64,000 nt of DNA, taken from contig CAVQVW010000002.1 of assembly GCA_963717285.1 (NCBI GenBank), forward strand, positions 187,445-251,444, read 5' to 3'. Position 1 is the stretch's first letter. Each line of letters starts with the position of its first letter. The DNA comes from an uncultured Thermoleophilia bacterium (GTDB taxonomy: Bacteria > Actinomycetota > Thermoleophilia > UBA2241). The position numbers were made by a program, and so were the translations under genes. The notes beneath the pieces are model-generated. The model saw nothing but the letters and a program-made list of their open reading frames with translations. It was not told where the DNA came from and did not search any database. Positions 51,918-60,268 of this stretch are shown piece by piece.

Positions 51918-53080
51918 CGTCGCCGACAGTGCTCACGGTGGCGGGCGACAGCCGCCTCGAGCTCGGTGACCGTCGCGCCGCCGAAGCGCTCGAGAGCCCC
52001 ATCGGCGAGCGCCAGAGAGACGACGGCCTCGGCTACGACCCCGGCGGCGGGCACCGCACATACGTCCGACCGCTCGAAGCGCGATTCCACGGAGCGATGC
52101 GTTCCGAGCTCGACGCTCTGCAGCGGACTTCGAAGCGTTGCTATCGGCTTCATCGCAGCGCGCAGGACAATATCGTCGCCGGTGGACATCCCACCCTCGA
52201 TACCGCCGGCGTTGTTCGTGCCTCGCGTGTAGCCGCACTCTGCCTTGTGCCCCAGCGCGTCGTGCACGGCACTGCCGGGGAGCTTCGCCGCTTCGAAACC
52301 GAGCCCGAACTCCACCCCTCGGATCGCCGGGATGGAGAGTACCGCGGCCGCCAGCCGTGATTGGAGCCGGCGGTCGCCGTGGACGTAGCTCCCGACGCCC
52401 GGCGGATATCCGACGGCCAGGATCTCAACGACGCCGCCCAGTGTGTCTCCGGCAGCGGCGGCCTCGTCGATCGAGACGCACATCCTGGCGCTGGCGGCGG
52501 GATCCGCGCAGCGCACGGGGTCGGCCTCGACGCGTTCGAGATCGTCCGTGTCGAGCCGCTCGCCGGCACGTTCCCCACCTATCGCGACGACATGGCTGAA
52601 GACGCTACAGCCGATCCGCTGCAGCAGCAGTCGCGCCACTGCGCCGCAGGCGACCTTCGCGGCGGTCTCCCGGGCACTGGCTCGCTCGATCACGTCGCGG
52701 ATGTCGTCGAGGTCGTAGAGCAGCGCTCCACCGAGATCGGCGTGCCCCGGACGCGGCACGCGCACCGGAGCTGACCGATTGGCGTCGTCGTCGGGGCGGG
52801 CGATCGCCAGCGTCGATCCCCAATTGCCTGAGTCACGATTGGCGATCGCCATGGCGATCGGCGCTCCGGTCGTGCGGCCATAGCGCACACCCCCGAGCAG
52901 CGTGACCCGGTCCCTCTCGATGGCCATGCGCCCGCCCCGGCCGTAGCCCTGTTGTCGACGGGCCAGATCGCGGTCGATATCGGCGACATCAACGTCGAGT
53001 CCAGCCGGGCACCCCTCGACGATCGCTGTGAGCTGGGCGCCGTGCGACTCGCCCGCTGTGAGGAATCGTAGTCTGCTCAT
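51914..53080 (-). CDS. aroC: Chorismate synthase
   Basis: RFLTAGESHG, GRSSARETA-like (ERASARETA), GGMSTGDDIV. Confidence 0.9.
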   Translation of the reverse strand: MSRLRFLTAGESHGAQLTAIVEGCPAGLDVDVADIDRDLARRQQGYGRGGRMAIERDRVTLLGGVRYGRTTGAPIAMAIANRDSGNWGSTLAIARPDDDANRSAPVRVPRPGHADLGGALLYDLDDIRDVIERASARETAAKVACGAVARLLLQRIGCSVFSHVVAIGGERAGERLDTDDLERVEADPVRCADPAASARMCVSIDEAAAAGDTLGGVVEILAVGYPPGVGSYVHGDRRLQSRLAAAVLSIPAIRGVEFGLGFEAAKLPGSAVHDALGHKAECGYTRGTNNAGGIEGGMSTGDDIVLRAAMKPIATLRSPLQSVELGTHRSVESRFERSDVCAVPAAGVVAEAVVSLALADGALERFGGATVTELEAAVARHREHCRRR

Positions 53081-53165
53081 GACACTACCCTATCGAGACC
53101 GGGTGCCTGTGGGAAGACGGGCCGGAGGCCTAGTCCGCTGGCAAAGGAGTGGGGACCGGAACAGG

Positions 53166-53191
53166 ACGGGGCGGCTTTGCAGCCGCCCCGT
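53166..53191 (-). terminator. GC-rich hairpin after the pilus-assembly operon (terminator candidate)
   Basis: acGGGGCGGC-tttgca-GCCGCCCCgt, 10-bp stem, about 25 nt after the stop at 53217. Only a weak T-tract follows on the minus strand. Confidence 0.5.
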
Positions 53192-53216
53192 GTGTACCTG
53201 CGGATCCGGCTGGGCT

Positions 53217-54029
53217 CTACTTCACGACCACTTGGCCTGCTCGCAAGGTGATGGTCTGATCACCATGCATGATCGTCACCGTCTGGGCGGCCTGGTCGAT
53301 CGACAGGACCTTGACCTCGCCCCACGTGGTGCTGAAGGTCTGCCCCGTCTTCTTGTCCGTGTACGTCTTCTTGTCGATCTCGAGGGACACAAGGGAGGTC
53401 CCGTTGCTCTCGTTGATGCTCAGGACCGTGATCGAGTGGCCTGATGCCGTGGACGTCGTGGTGCTGCTCGCGCTGCCGCTGCTGACCACCGTGAGTGTGT
53501 AGGACGGACCACCGTCCTGAGTGACCTTGACGCTCTCGCCGACGCCCACTGTCACAGAGGAATCACCGTTCTCAAACACCCCGGAGAGGAGCTTGAACGT
53601 GACGCTGCTGGCGGTGATGCTCGAGATCGTGAAAACGGCGCCACCTGGGGGCACCTCATCACCCGTGGATACCGTGGAGGCGGTTCCGTTCACGGTGATC
53701 TTCGCCTTCAGGCCGGTCGTGCTGGTATCAGTCGTCGTGCCGGTGGTGGCGCCGGTGCTACCGGTGCTCGCCACGGTGAGCGGGATGAAGGGGTCCTTGC
53801 TCTTGAATTTGTCGAGCAGCGGCTCCTGCTTCGCCGGGTCGACGGCGAGGGGGTCGTCATCCGTAGTCTGCGCGGCCACGGGCGTCGCGGCGGCCGGCGA
53901 GGGTGTGGCCTGGCTGGCTTCCGTGCTCTCCGATGAGTCGCCTCGGGAGAGTACCACTGCCAGCGCCAGTGCCGCGCCGAGGACTATCGCGATGACCACG
54001 AGGGCGAGTCGGCGCTTGTTCTTGATCAC
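53217..54029 (-). CDS. Membrane-anchored protein with two PilP-like beta domains (PilP/PilQ-slot protein)
   Basis: N-terminal anchor LALVVIAIVLGAALALAVVL, a Ser/Thr/Ala/Pro linker, then two ~70-aa beta-rich repeats (KITVNGTASTVSTGDEVPPGGAVFTISSITASSVTF / LVSLEIDKKTYTDKKTGQTFSTTWGEVKVLSIDQAAQTVTI). 4-nt overlap with pilO. Confidence 0.5.
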   Translation of the reverse strand: MIKNKRRLALVVIAIVLGAALALAVVLSRGDSSESTEASQATPSPAAATPVAAQTTDDDPLAVDPAKQEPLLDKFKSKDPFIPLTVASTGSTGATTGTTTDTSTTGLKAKITVNGTASTVSTGDEVPPGGAVFTISSITASSVTFKLLSGVFENGDSSVTVGVGESVKVTQDGGPSYTLTVVSSGSASSTTTSTASGHSITVLSINESNGTSLVSLEIDKKTYTDKKTGQTFSTTWGEVKVLSIDQAAQTVTIMHGDQTITLRAGQVVVK

Positions 54030-54652
54030 GTTGCACCTCCCGCGTCAGCCGCGGTGGACGCGCCGCCGCCCCAGAGGTACGCGTTCAGGACGATGCTCAC
54101 GTTCAGCGGAGGAGAAGTGGCGGAGGTCTCTTCAGCAAGGGCCTGGACGGCCATATTGACGCTGACAACCTGAAGAAGGCGGCCCGTCACGCGGAAGTTG
54201 GCGTTGTTGAACGCCACGTAGCTCTCAAGCCGGTTCAGGAAGTCTTCGGTCTCGAAGAAACGGCCGCTGACCTGGACGTTGACCGCCTGGATGCCGAAGG
54301 GCGCACCGGGAGAGGATTCACCGCGCGTGATACCGATCAGCCCGACGCCGGACGATGAGGCGGTCTTGGTCAGCTCGACGATCAGCGAGGGGATGCCCTC
54401 GCTCACCGGCAGCATCTTGCCGAGTCGCACGATCTCGGCGCGTGACTGGGGGGCGGTCTTCTTGTAGGTCTCGAGCCGAGTGACCTGCTGTCGTGAGGTG
54501 TTCAGGTTCGTCTGAGCGACCTGCACCTCGTCTGTCTTCGTGGCGATCTCGCTGCGCGTGGGGCTGAGCAGGAGAAAGTACCAGGCGACCGCGATGACGA
54601 CCGCTACGACGGCGGTGATGATGTAGACCTCTTTGCCGCGAGCTCTCTTCAT
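54026..54652 (-). CDS. pilO: Type IV pilus assembly protein PilO
   Basis: Single N-terminal TM (IITAVVAVVIAVAWYFLLL), a coiled-coil, and a C-terminal ferredoxin-like region. Position immediately after pilN. Confidence 0.7.
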   Translation of the reverse strand: MKRARGKEVYIITAVVAVVIAVAWYFLLLSPTRSEIATKTDEVQVAQTNLNTSRQQVTRLETYKKTAPQSRAEIVRLGKMLPVSEGIPSLIVELTKTASSSGVGLIGITRGESSPGAPFGIQAVNVQVSGRFFETEDFLNRLESYVAFNNANFRVTGRLLQVVSVNMAVQALAEETSATSPPLNVSIVLNAYLWGGGASTAADAGGAT

Positions 54653-55308
54653 TGTGCGGCCCCCGCAGTCTGCAGCGTGGTCGTTGGCGGCGACTTGATA
54701 TAGGACCGCAGCGAAGCGTTCACGGTGAACGTCACTGTCGAGCCTGAAATCGCGGCGGCGGGGCCGGTCGACTCCGTGGAAGTGGCGAGCTGGATGTTGG
54801 TGAGCTGCGGGATGAGGCCAAGGCGCGTCATGAACTCGGCCACGTCTTTGTGCGTGTAGGTATCGCCGGTGAATGTGACGTCGACGGTCGGTGTGCTGTC
54901 GGCGGTCGTCTCGGGCTGAGCCGGCCCCGGAAGCATCTCCGGCGGGACGATGCAGTTCATGGTCTGCAGGCGAACATTCTCGGGAATCACGAGACTGACC
55001 TCTTCGACGATGTTGGACCAGGGGACGCGCGCGTCGTAGATGTTCACGGCGGTCTCAGTCATGGCCGTGCGCAGGTTGTGGATATCGGCGTACGGCTGGA
55101 GCTCCGCAAGCTGCGCCTGGACGATCTGGTTCTCGGCGTTGAGTCGATCGAGTTCGGCCTGCCGGTCGTTGACCACGCCGTTCTGCTGGAGATAGACCGC
55201 ACCGAGGGCCAGGACGAGCACGACGAGGCCCAAGATGGCATACAGCATTCCTCGATCGCGCGACGCCTTGACGCGCTGTTCGGGGGGCAGAAGGTTGAAA
55301 CGCTTCAT
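54649..55308 (-). CDS. pilN: Type IV pilus assembly protein PilN
   Basis: MKRFNLLPPEQR (conserved INLLP motif that binds PilM), TM helix, coiled-coil. Confidence 0.75.
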   Translation of the reverse strand: MKRFNLLPPEQRVKASRDRGMLYAILGLVVLVLALGAVYLQQNGVVNDRQAELDRLNAENQIVQAQLAELQPYADIHNLRTAMTETAVNIYDARVPWSNIVEEVSLVIPENVRLQTMNCIVPPEMLPGPAQPETTADSTPTVDVTFTGDTYTHKDVAEFMTRLGLIPQLTNIQLATSTESTGPAAAISGSTVTFTVNASLRSYIKSPPTTTLQTAGAAQ

Positions 55309-55314
55309 GGCCGC

Positions 55315-56415
55315 CTACTCCTCGCTGTCCAGGCCGAGACCCAAGGCGACGGCGAGGCGCGGAGAGATCGCCTCAAGATCGGCTTGGGGAATGCTCGTCT
55401 TGTTCTCGCTGAAATGCTGCAGGGGATTCCCGAGCGCGACCCCCAAGTGGAGCGCGTGCGCCAGATAGTCGCACATGTTTCGAGTCAGGGCGCCCTCGCC
55501 GCTGAGCAGGATCTCGTGGATCTGCCCCGGGTTGTCCTGGGAGTGGTAGTAGTCGATCGACCTGCGCACCTCGTCGGCGAACGCCTCGCAGGCGGTGTCG
55601 AGGACCCGATGGACCTCGGCCAGCGTCTCTTGTTCGAGGTCCGCGAACGGCGGCTCCGAGCCGGTGAGCCCCACGTTGAGACGCAGGACGTCGGCCTCAT
55701 CGTGATTGATGCCGCGGTTGGTCATCAAGGCCTCAAGAAGCGCTTCGCAGCCGAGGTTCACGACGCGCGTGAACTGGGGTACTTCGTTGACGGCCACGAC
55801 GAGATTGGTGGTGCTGGAGCTCATGTTGACGAGCGCCGTCGCTTCTCCGGCAGATTGCGAACCCCGATCGACGAACGCAACCGGGGGAGCCATCGACCGC
55901 ATGAGGGCGAACGCCTGCAGGTCGAGGCCGTCGATGGTGAGTCCGGCCTTTCGCGCTGCCTCTACGAACTGCTCGACCATCTCTCTTTGCGCCGCGACGA
56001 TCAGCACCGTCTGGGAGCCGCCGCCGTCTGGACCAGAGCTTGTCGTCAGTACCTCGAAGTCGAGGATGGCGTCAGCGAGCGGGATGGGTATGGCCTCCTG
56101 GGCCTGGAACTCGATCGCAGCGCGCAACTCCTTCTCGTCCATGATCGGGAAGTCCATGGTTCGGACCACGACCTTCTGGTTCGCGACTCCGAGGGCGAAC
56201 CTCTTGCCGCTGAAGCCGCTCGCTTTCCAGAAGGACTTGAGTTCCGCTGCGAGACCGTCTACGTCGACGACCTCGCCCTCGAACATCAATCCCGGCGGGA
56301 GGGATCGGACGGCAGCATGAGTCAACGTATGCCCCTGCCGCGAGCCGTTCACCTGCGCCCCGGCGATCGAGGACTGCTCCAAGTCGATCCCGACGCGCGG
56401 TCCACTCTTCCCCAT
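55315..56415 (-). CDS. pilM: Type IV pilus assembly ATPase-fold protein PilM
   Basis: MGKSGPRVGIDLEQSSIAGAQV..., an actin-like fold of about 365 aa. ATG at 56415 preceded by GAAGGGG; the longer in-frame ORF from 56538 is less likely. Confidence 0.85.
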   Translation of the reverse strand: MGKSGPRVGIDLEQSSIAGAQVNGSRQGHTLTHAAVRSLPPGLMFEGEVVDVDGLAAELKSFWKASGFSGKRFALGVANQKVVVRTMDFPIMDEKELRAAIEFQAQEAIPIPLADAILDFEVLTTSSGPDGGGSQTVLIVAAQREMVEQFVEAARKAGLTIDGLDLQAFALMRSMAPPVAFVDRGSQSAGEATALVNMSSSTTNLVVAVNEVPQFTRVVNLGCEALLEALMTNRGINHDEADVLRLNVGLTGSEPPFADLEQETLAEVHRVLDTACEAFADEVRRSIDYYHSQDNPGQIHEILLSGEGALTRNMCDYLAHALHLGVALGNPLQHFSENKTSIPQADLEAISPRLAVALGLGLDSEE

Positions 56416-56563
56416 TCCAGCCCCTTCACTCACATCGCCGCTCTGGCGGCGTTGTCGGCAGACAACACGGATACCTTTAGACGCAAGTTCGCCGAACTGC
56501 TTTCGGCACCTTCCCTGCAGATGGCACAAGTCTCTCATACCGGGTATGCGAGGTACAGAGCAT

Positions 56564-56572
56564 CCCCCCCCC
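56564..56572. repeat. C9/G9 homopolymer tract in the minor-pilin to pilM intergenic region
   Basis: catCCCCCCCCCgtc read directly; this is G9 on the coding strand. Longest homopolymer I noticed in the window. Confidence 0.9.
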
Positions 56573-56589
56573 GTCTCCTGCGTCTGAGG

Positions 56590-57729
56590 TCATGATCCGG
56601 AGAGCGCGACGATGACGGGCTCAGTGAGGCCCGGGAGAGGGTGCTCTCGCCAGTCGCGGGGCACCTCGAAATGCGTCGGCGCATCAATCACCAAGTGTTC
56701 GGCGTGGACGTGGCCGGCATAGCGGGTGGACCCTCTGACTTCAAGCCCTCCTGCGACGACGAGTGCGCCCCGCGCGAGGATCGGTGGCGAGTCGGGAAGC
56801 CCGAAGCACGCGTCGCCGTCGACGATCAGCACGAGGGGACAATCCGCAGCGCTGCGCGCGCCCACGATGAGGAGCGTCGCGTCGGTCTCGGGTCGTACGA
56901 GTACGACGATGCTCTCTGCGCCTCCGCCCGGTGGGCGAGCGGGGAGACGTGCCAGATCGAGGACGCCGTCGATCAGGGCATCGCCAGGAGGGACGGCCTG
57001 CTCACTCAGGGCGGAGAGCAGGTCCTGGTCGAAGGCGCGCACGAAGTCGGCAAGGCCGTCTTCAGGCGTGTGGGTGTCGGTGTCGTCGGTCCATTCGGGA
57101 GCTTCTCCCGGGGCGTGGATCTCGCGGTTGTCTGCCCAAATGCCGCCCAGAGCACGGACGCCGGCCACCGACCACATCTCCGGATGCACCTCGTCACGCG
57201 CGGGGGCAGACGCAGACGCAAGGTCACCGCTCGTGAAGCGGAGCCATTGGCGCCCGCGCAGGCAGCCGCCCGTGTAGAAGCCGCTCCCGCTGACAGTGGT
57301 CGGGGCGCGGAGATCGACGTCACCCGAGACCACCACGCCCTGCGAGAAGGCCTCAGGGCGAAGTTCGACGATAGCTTGAAGGCTGCTCCGGGCCTGACCA
57401 TCCGTCGATCTGAGGTCGAGCGTGAGCCTTGGCGTCCCTGCGACCGCGGGGACCGCCGGGAGCCAGGTGGCGGCCCAATGGCCGCCCGCCCCGGGCGACG
57501 ACTGTCGGGCGCCGGAGCGAGCTTGTGGAGTCCAGCGGAGCTGGAGACAGACGTCGTCGAGGCCCTCGTTGAGCGCCGCCGTGGCGGCGGCTGCTCGACG
57601 GTCCACGCCTGATATCTGCTGCCGCGCGGAGACGGCGGCAATGCAGAGCGCCGCCAGCGTACCTGCCAGAGCGACGATCACCAATGCCGCGAGAAGAGCG
57701 TAGCCGTCTGCGCGTCGGGGGCCTTTCAT
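56590..57729 (-). CDS. Large minor pilin lacking Glu5 (PilX/GspK-like)
   Basis: MKGPRRADG/YALLAALVIVALAGTLAAL: a prepilin-like hydrophobic N-terminus with Ala at +5. ATGA overlap with the upstream gene. About 379 aa. Confidence 0.55.
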   Translation of the reverse strand: MKGPRRADGYALLAALVIVALAGTLAALCIAAVSARQQISGVDRRAAAATAALNEGLDDVCLQLRWTPQARSGARQSSPGAGGHWAATWLPAVPAVAGTPRLTLDLRSTDGQARSSLQAIVELRPEAFSQGVVVSGDVDLRAPTTVSGSGFYTGGCLRGRQWLRFTSGDLASASAPARDEVHPEMWSVAGVRALGGIWADNREIHAPGEAPEWTDDTDTHTPEDGLADFVRAFDQDLLSALSEQAVPPGDALIDGVLDLARLPARPPGGGAESIVVLVRPETDATLLIVGARSAADCPLVLIVDGDACFGLPDSPPILARGALVVAGGLEVRGSTRYAGHVHAEHLVIDAPTHFEVPRDWREHPLPGLTEPVIVALSGS

Positions 57730-58304
57730 CGTGCGCGCAGTACCACGTCGCGGGCGGTGCTGGACGATCCCAAAGCCGTTGAGATGCCGATCCTGACGCG
57801 CACTCTGGTGACAGTGTGGGGCCACGTCGGCTGGGCCAAATCGACCGGCCCCAGGGCTTCGCCCTGGTCGTCGAAGTACGTGATCGTGAAGGACTCGACG
57901 TTGTCGGCGAGGTACGTGGCAGTCGTCTTGCGCCACAGCACTCGCCGTGCCGCGTCCCAGGTGACGAGGATCGTCTCACGCGCGTGGCCAGGGTGACCAT
58001 GCGTCAGGTGGAGACAGCGCTCCGGCGACGCGTCCGCCGGCGGGGCGAGAAGTGCCGTAGCGCACTCGAGATCGGCTGCGATACTGCGCGCGGCGAAGGC
58101 GGAGGACGTCGCGGCCTGGGCTCTGGCGTCCGTGGCGCGAGCGACGTCGGCGGCGTTCCAGAGCCACGGCCAGGCCGCAGAGAGCGCGACCGCCGACAGG
58201 GAGAGAGCCACAAGCAATTCCACGAGCGTCGCTCCGCCCTGGCTGCGCGCTCCGCCGACCGGACTGGGAGAGCAAGGCCGGCGGGCGAGCAGCCTAGCCC
58301 TCAC
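57726..58304 (-). CDS. Minor pilin (PilW-like) with prepilin-type N-terminus
   Basis: ...ARSQGG/ATLVELLVALSLSAVAL with Glu at +5. GTG at 58304 overlaps the upstream stop by 11 nt; start uncertain. Confidence 0.55.
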   Translation of the reverse strand: MRARLLARRPCSPSPVGGARSQGGATLVELLVALSLSAVALSAAWPWLWNAADVARATDARAQAATSSAFAARSIAADLECATALLAPPADASPERCLHLTHGHPGHARETILVTWDAARRVLWRKTTATYLADNVESFTITYFDDQGEALGPVDLAQPTWPHTVTRVRVRIGISTALGSSSTARDVVLRAR

Positions 58305-58887
58305 GAGAGCCTCTGAGACCAGACGCCACAGGGCTGACTCTGGTTCGCAGCGCGCCAAGGATCATCTGCGCGGACGCCGTGGCGGAGCCCCGCGATGTCG
58401 TGAGGCGCAGCTCGACCGTCGTTGAAGGCAGAGGTTGGGTGCCCCAGACGCTCCATCCCTCCATGGACGCCGCTGCCACTGGCACCCAACCGGAGTCTTC
58501 GCGTCGCACGAAGCGCGACTCGCTGACGATCTCGAAGCCAGCAGCGGTACGGCGCGCGACGAACACGCCGATGCCGCCCTCGACGCGAAAGGAGCCGCCG
58601 CTGTGCCCCGCACCTGCGTGCGGGAAGACCTCGCCGAGCAGTGAGCGCGGGTCTGGGTTCCACGCCACGCCCACGACAGGTGGCGCCGTCGTCCGGCGGA
58701 AGGGCAGGGAAGCCAGGCGCGCGCTTTCGGATCCCAGGATCCCCTCCAGTGCCGCGCGCCTCTCGACTTGCCGATCCGCCTGGAGCGCCACCGCCAGACT
58801 GGCGCTCACCGCGAGGCAGGTGGCGAGCAGAACGGCGACGGCAACTATGGCCTCGATGAGCGAGAAGCCCGTGCGCGAGCCGCTCAT
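58294..58887 (-). CDS. Minor pilin (PilV-like) with prepilin-type N-terminus
   Basis: MSGSRTG/FSLIEAIVAVAVLLA with Glu at +5. ATGA overlap with the upstream gene stop at 58884-58886. Confidence 0.6.
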   Translation of the reverse strand: MSGSRTGFSLIEAIVAVAVLLATCLAVSASLAVALQADRQVERRAALEGILGSESARLASLPFRRTTAPPVVGVAWNPDPRSLLGEVFPHAGAGHSGGSFRVEGGIGVFVARRTAAGFEIVSESRFVRREDSGWVPVAAASMEGWSVWGTQPLPSTTVELRLTTSRGSATASAQMILGALRTRVSPVASGLRGSREG

Positions 58888-59324
58888 CTGCATCGGATGC
58901 ATCCGCCCAGCTGCAGGATGACTCGGTTGTCGCCGCCCACGGTGAAGGTGCCGGCCCGCGGACTCACGGAACCGGGCAGGCGGGGCCATCCCCGCGCACC
59001 GAACTCGACGACGCCGGACGGGTAGTTGCTGCCGACATCGGTCCCCAGCGTACCGGAGGCGACGAGCGCCGGCCCGGCGCCAGCCTGCGCCTCGTGCACT
59101 GTGTAGGCGCCGTCGCTTGCCACCGCCACCGTCACTGACGTTGCGTGCGCCTGGGCTCGGGACTGCGCGGCGCGCAGAACGAGCGCGAGCTTTCGCGCCC
59201 CCGCATCGCCGGCCAGCGTGCGTCGAGCCGCGCCGACCCCGGGGATCGCAATGCCCGCCAGGATCCCGCCGACGGCGAGCACGGCCATGAGCTCGAACAG
59301 GGTGGAGCCTCTCTGCTGGCGCAT
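58884..59324 (-). CDS. Minor pilin (FimT/GspH-like) with prepilin-type N-terminus
   Basis: MRQQRG/STLFELMAVLAVGGILAGIAIP with Glu at +5; 146 aa. Confidence 0.6.
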   Translation of the reverse strand: MRQQRGSTLFELMAVLAVGGILAGIAIPGVGAARRTLAGDAGARKLALVLRAAQSRAQAHATSVTVAVASDGAYTVHEAQAGAGPALVASGTLGTDVGSNYPSGVVEFGARGWPRLPGSVSPRAGTFTVGGDNRVILQLGGCIRCR

Positions 59325-59344
59325 TCCTCGCCTCCGGCGGGAGG

Positions 59345-59382
59345 GGGTCGAACGAGGCCGGGAGGAGGCCTCGTTTCGACCC
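59345..59382 (-). promoter_or_regulatory. Strong imperfect hairpin between pilD and the minor-pilin operon
   Basis: gggtcgaacgaggcc-gggagga-ggcctcgtttcgaccc, about 15 bp with one bulge. On the minus strand it ends about 20 nt before the GGAGGCGAGGA ATG of the first minor pilin. Confidence 0.45.
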
Positions 59383-59466
59383 GAGGGGAGAACGCACTCA
59401 GCCTAGCTGAGCATGCCGAAGGCCACGAGGGTGACGCAGCGGTCACCCAGATGACGTACCAGTCGC

Positions 59467-60243
59467 TCAGCGATCGGGAAAGGCGAGGCCGAGGTAGGCG
59501 TCGATGAGCCACTGGCCGGCGAACAGGGCGATAATCGCGCCGGCGGCCAGGAACGGTCCGAAGGGAACGGCGGTCTTCGCGCCGGCCTTGCGCATGCCTA
59601 TCACGGCGACTCCGATCAGGGCGCCGCTAATGAAGCCGATGAAGACGGCAGGGACGACGGCGGCGCCGAGGTACACGCCCATGCAGAGCGCCAGCTTGAC
59701 GTCGCCGAATCCGAGACCCTCGACGTGTCTCAGCCGGTAGTAGGCTTCGCCGATCAGCCAGAGCGCGCCCGCGGCAGCGAGCCCGGCCAGCGGCCACTCC
59801 CACCAGGGGCCGTCACCCAGGGCGACCATCAATGGAAGGCCGATGAGCGTCGCCGGGAGGATCACGACGTCGGGGATGGTCATCGTCTCCAAGTCCACCT
59901 GGCTGATAAGGATCATCACCGAGACGAAGATCAGGTGCGGGACGAGCAGCCAACTCAGGCCATCGAAGGCGGCTACGGCTCCGAACAGGACTGCGGTCAG
60001 ACCCTCCCCCAACGGGTAGCGCCAACTGATCGACGTCCCGCAGTCTCGGCAGCGCCCTCTGAGGATGAGCCAACTCACCACAGGGATGTTGTCGTAGGCG
60101 CGGATCTGATGGTGGCACTTCGGGCATTCGGAGCGGCCGCTGCTGATCTTCTCCTCGTGAGCGAGCCGCCAAGCCCAGGCGTTGAGGAAGCTGCCGATGA
60201 TGAGGCCGAAGAGGACGGCGATGACCGCAAGGGAGGCCGTCAC
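59467..60243 (-). CDS. pilD: Prepilin peptidase / N-methyltransferase PilD (A24 family)
   Basis: CPKCHHQI...CRDCGTSISWRYPLGE Zn-finger, GLGFGDVKL catalytic Asp motif, multi-TM. Confidence 0.9.
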   Translation of the reverse strand: MTASLAVIAVLFGLIIGSFLNAWAWRLAHEEKISSGRSECPKCHHQIRAYDNIPVVSWLILRGRCRDCGTSISWRYPLGEGLTAVLFGAVAAFDGLSWLLVPHLIFVSVMILISQVDLETMTIPDVVILPATLIGLPLMVALGDGPWWEWPLAGLAAAGALWLIGEAYYRLRHVEGLGFGDVKLALCMGVYLGAAVVPAVFIGFISGALIGVAVIGMRKAGAKTAVPFGPFLAAGAIIALFAGQWLIDAYLGLAFPDR

Positions 60244-60268
60244 AGGAATACCGTGGTCGGCGCGGGGC

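Noticed and set aside
56480-56563. 27-codon ORF (MLCTSHTRYERLVPSAGKVPKAVRRTCV) starting immediately after the G9 tract.
   Set aside because: It is too short and has no supporting features or recognisable peptide class. It is mentioned only as context for the homopolymer finding.
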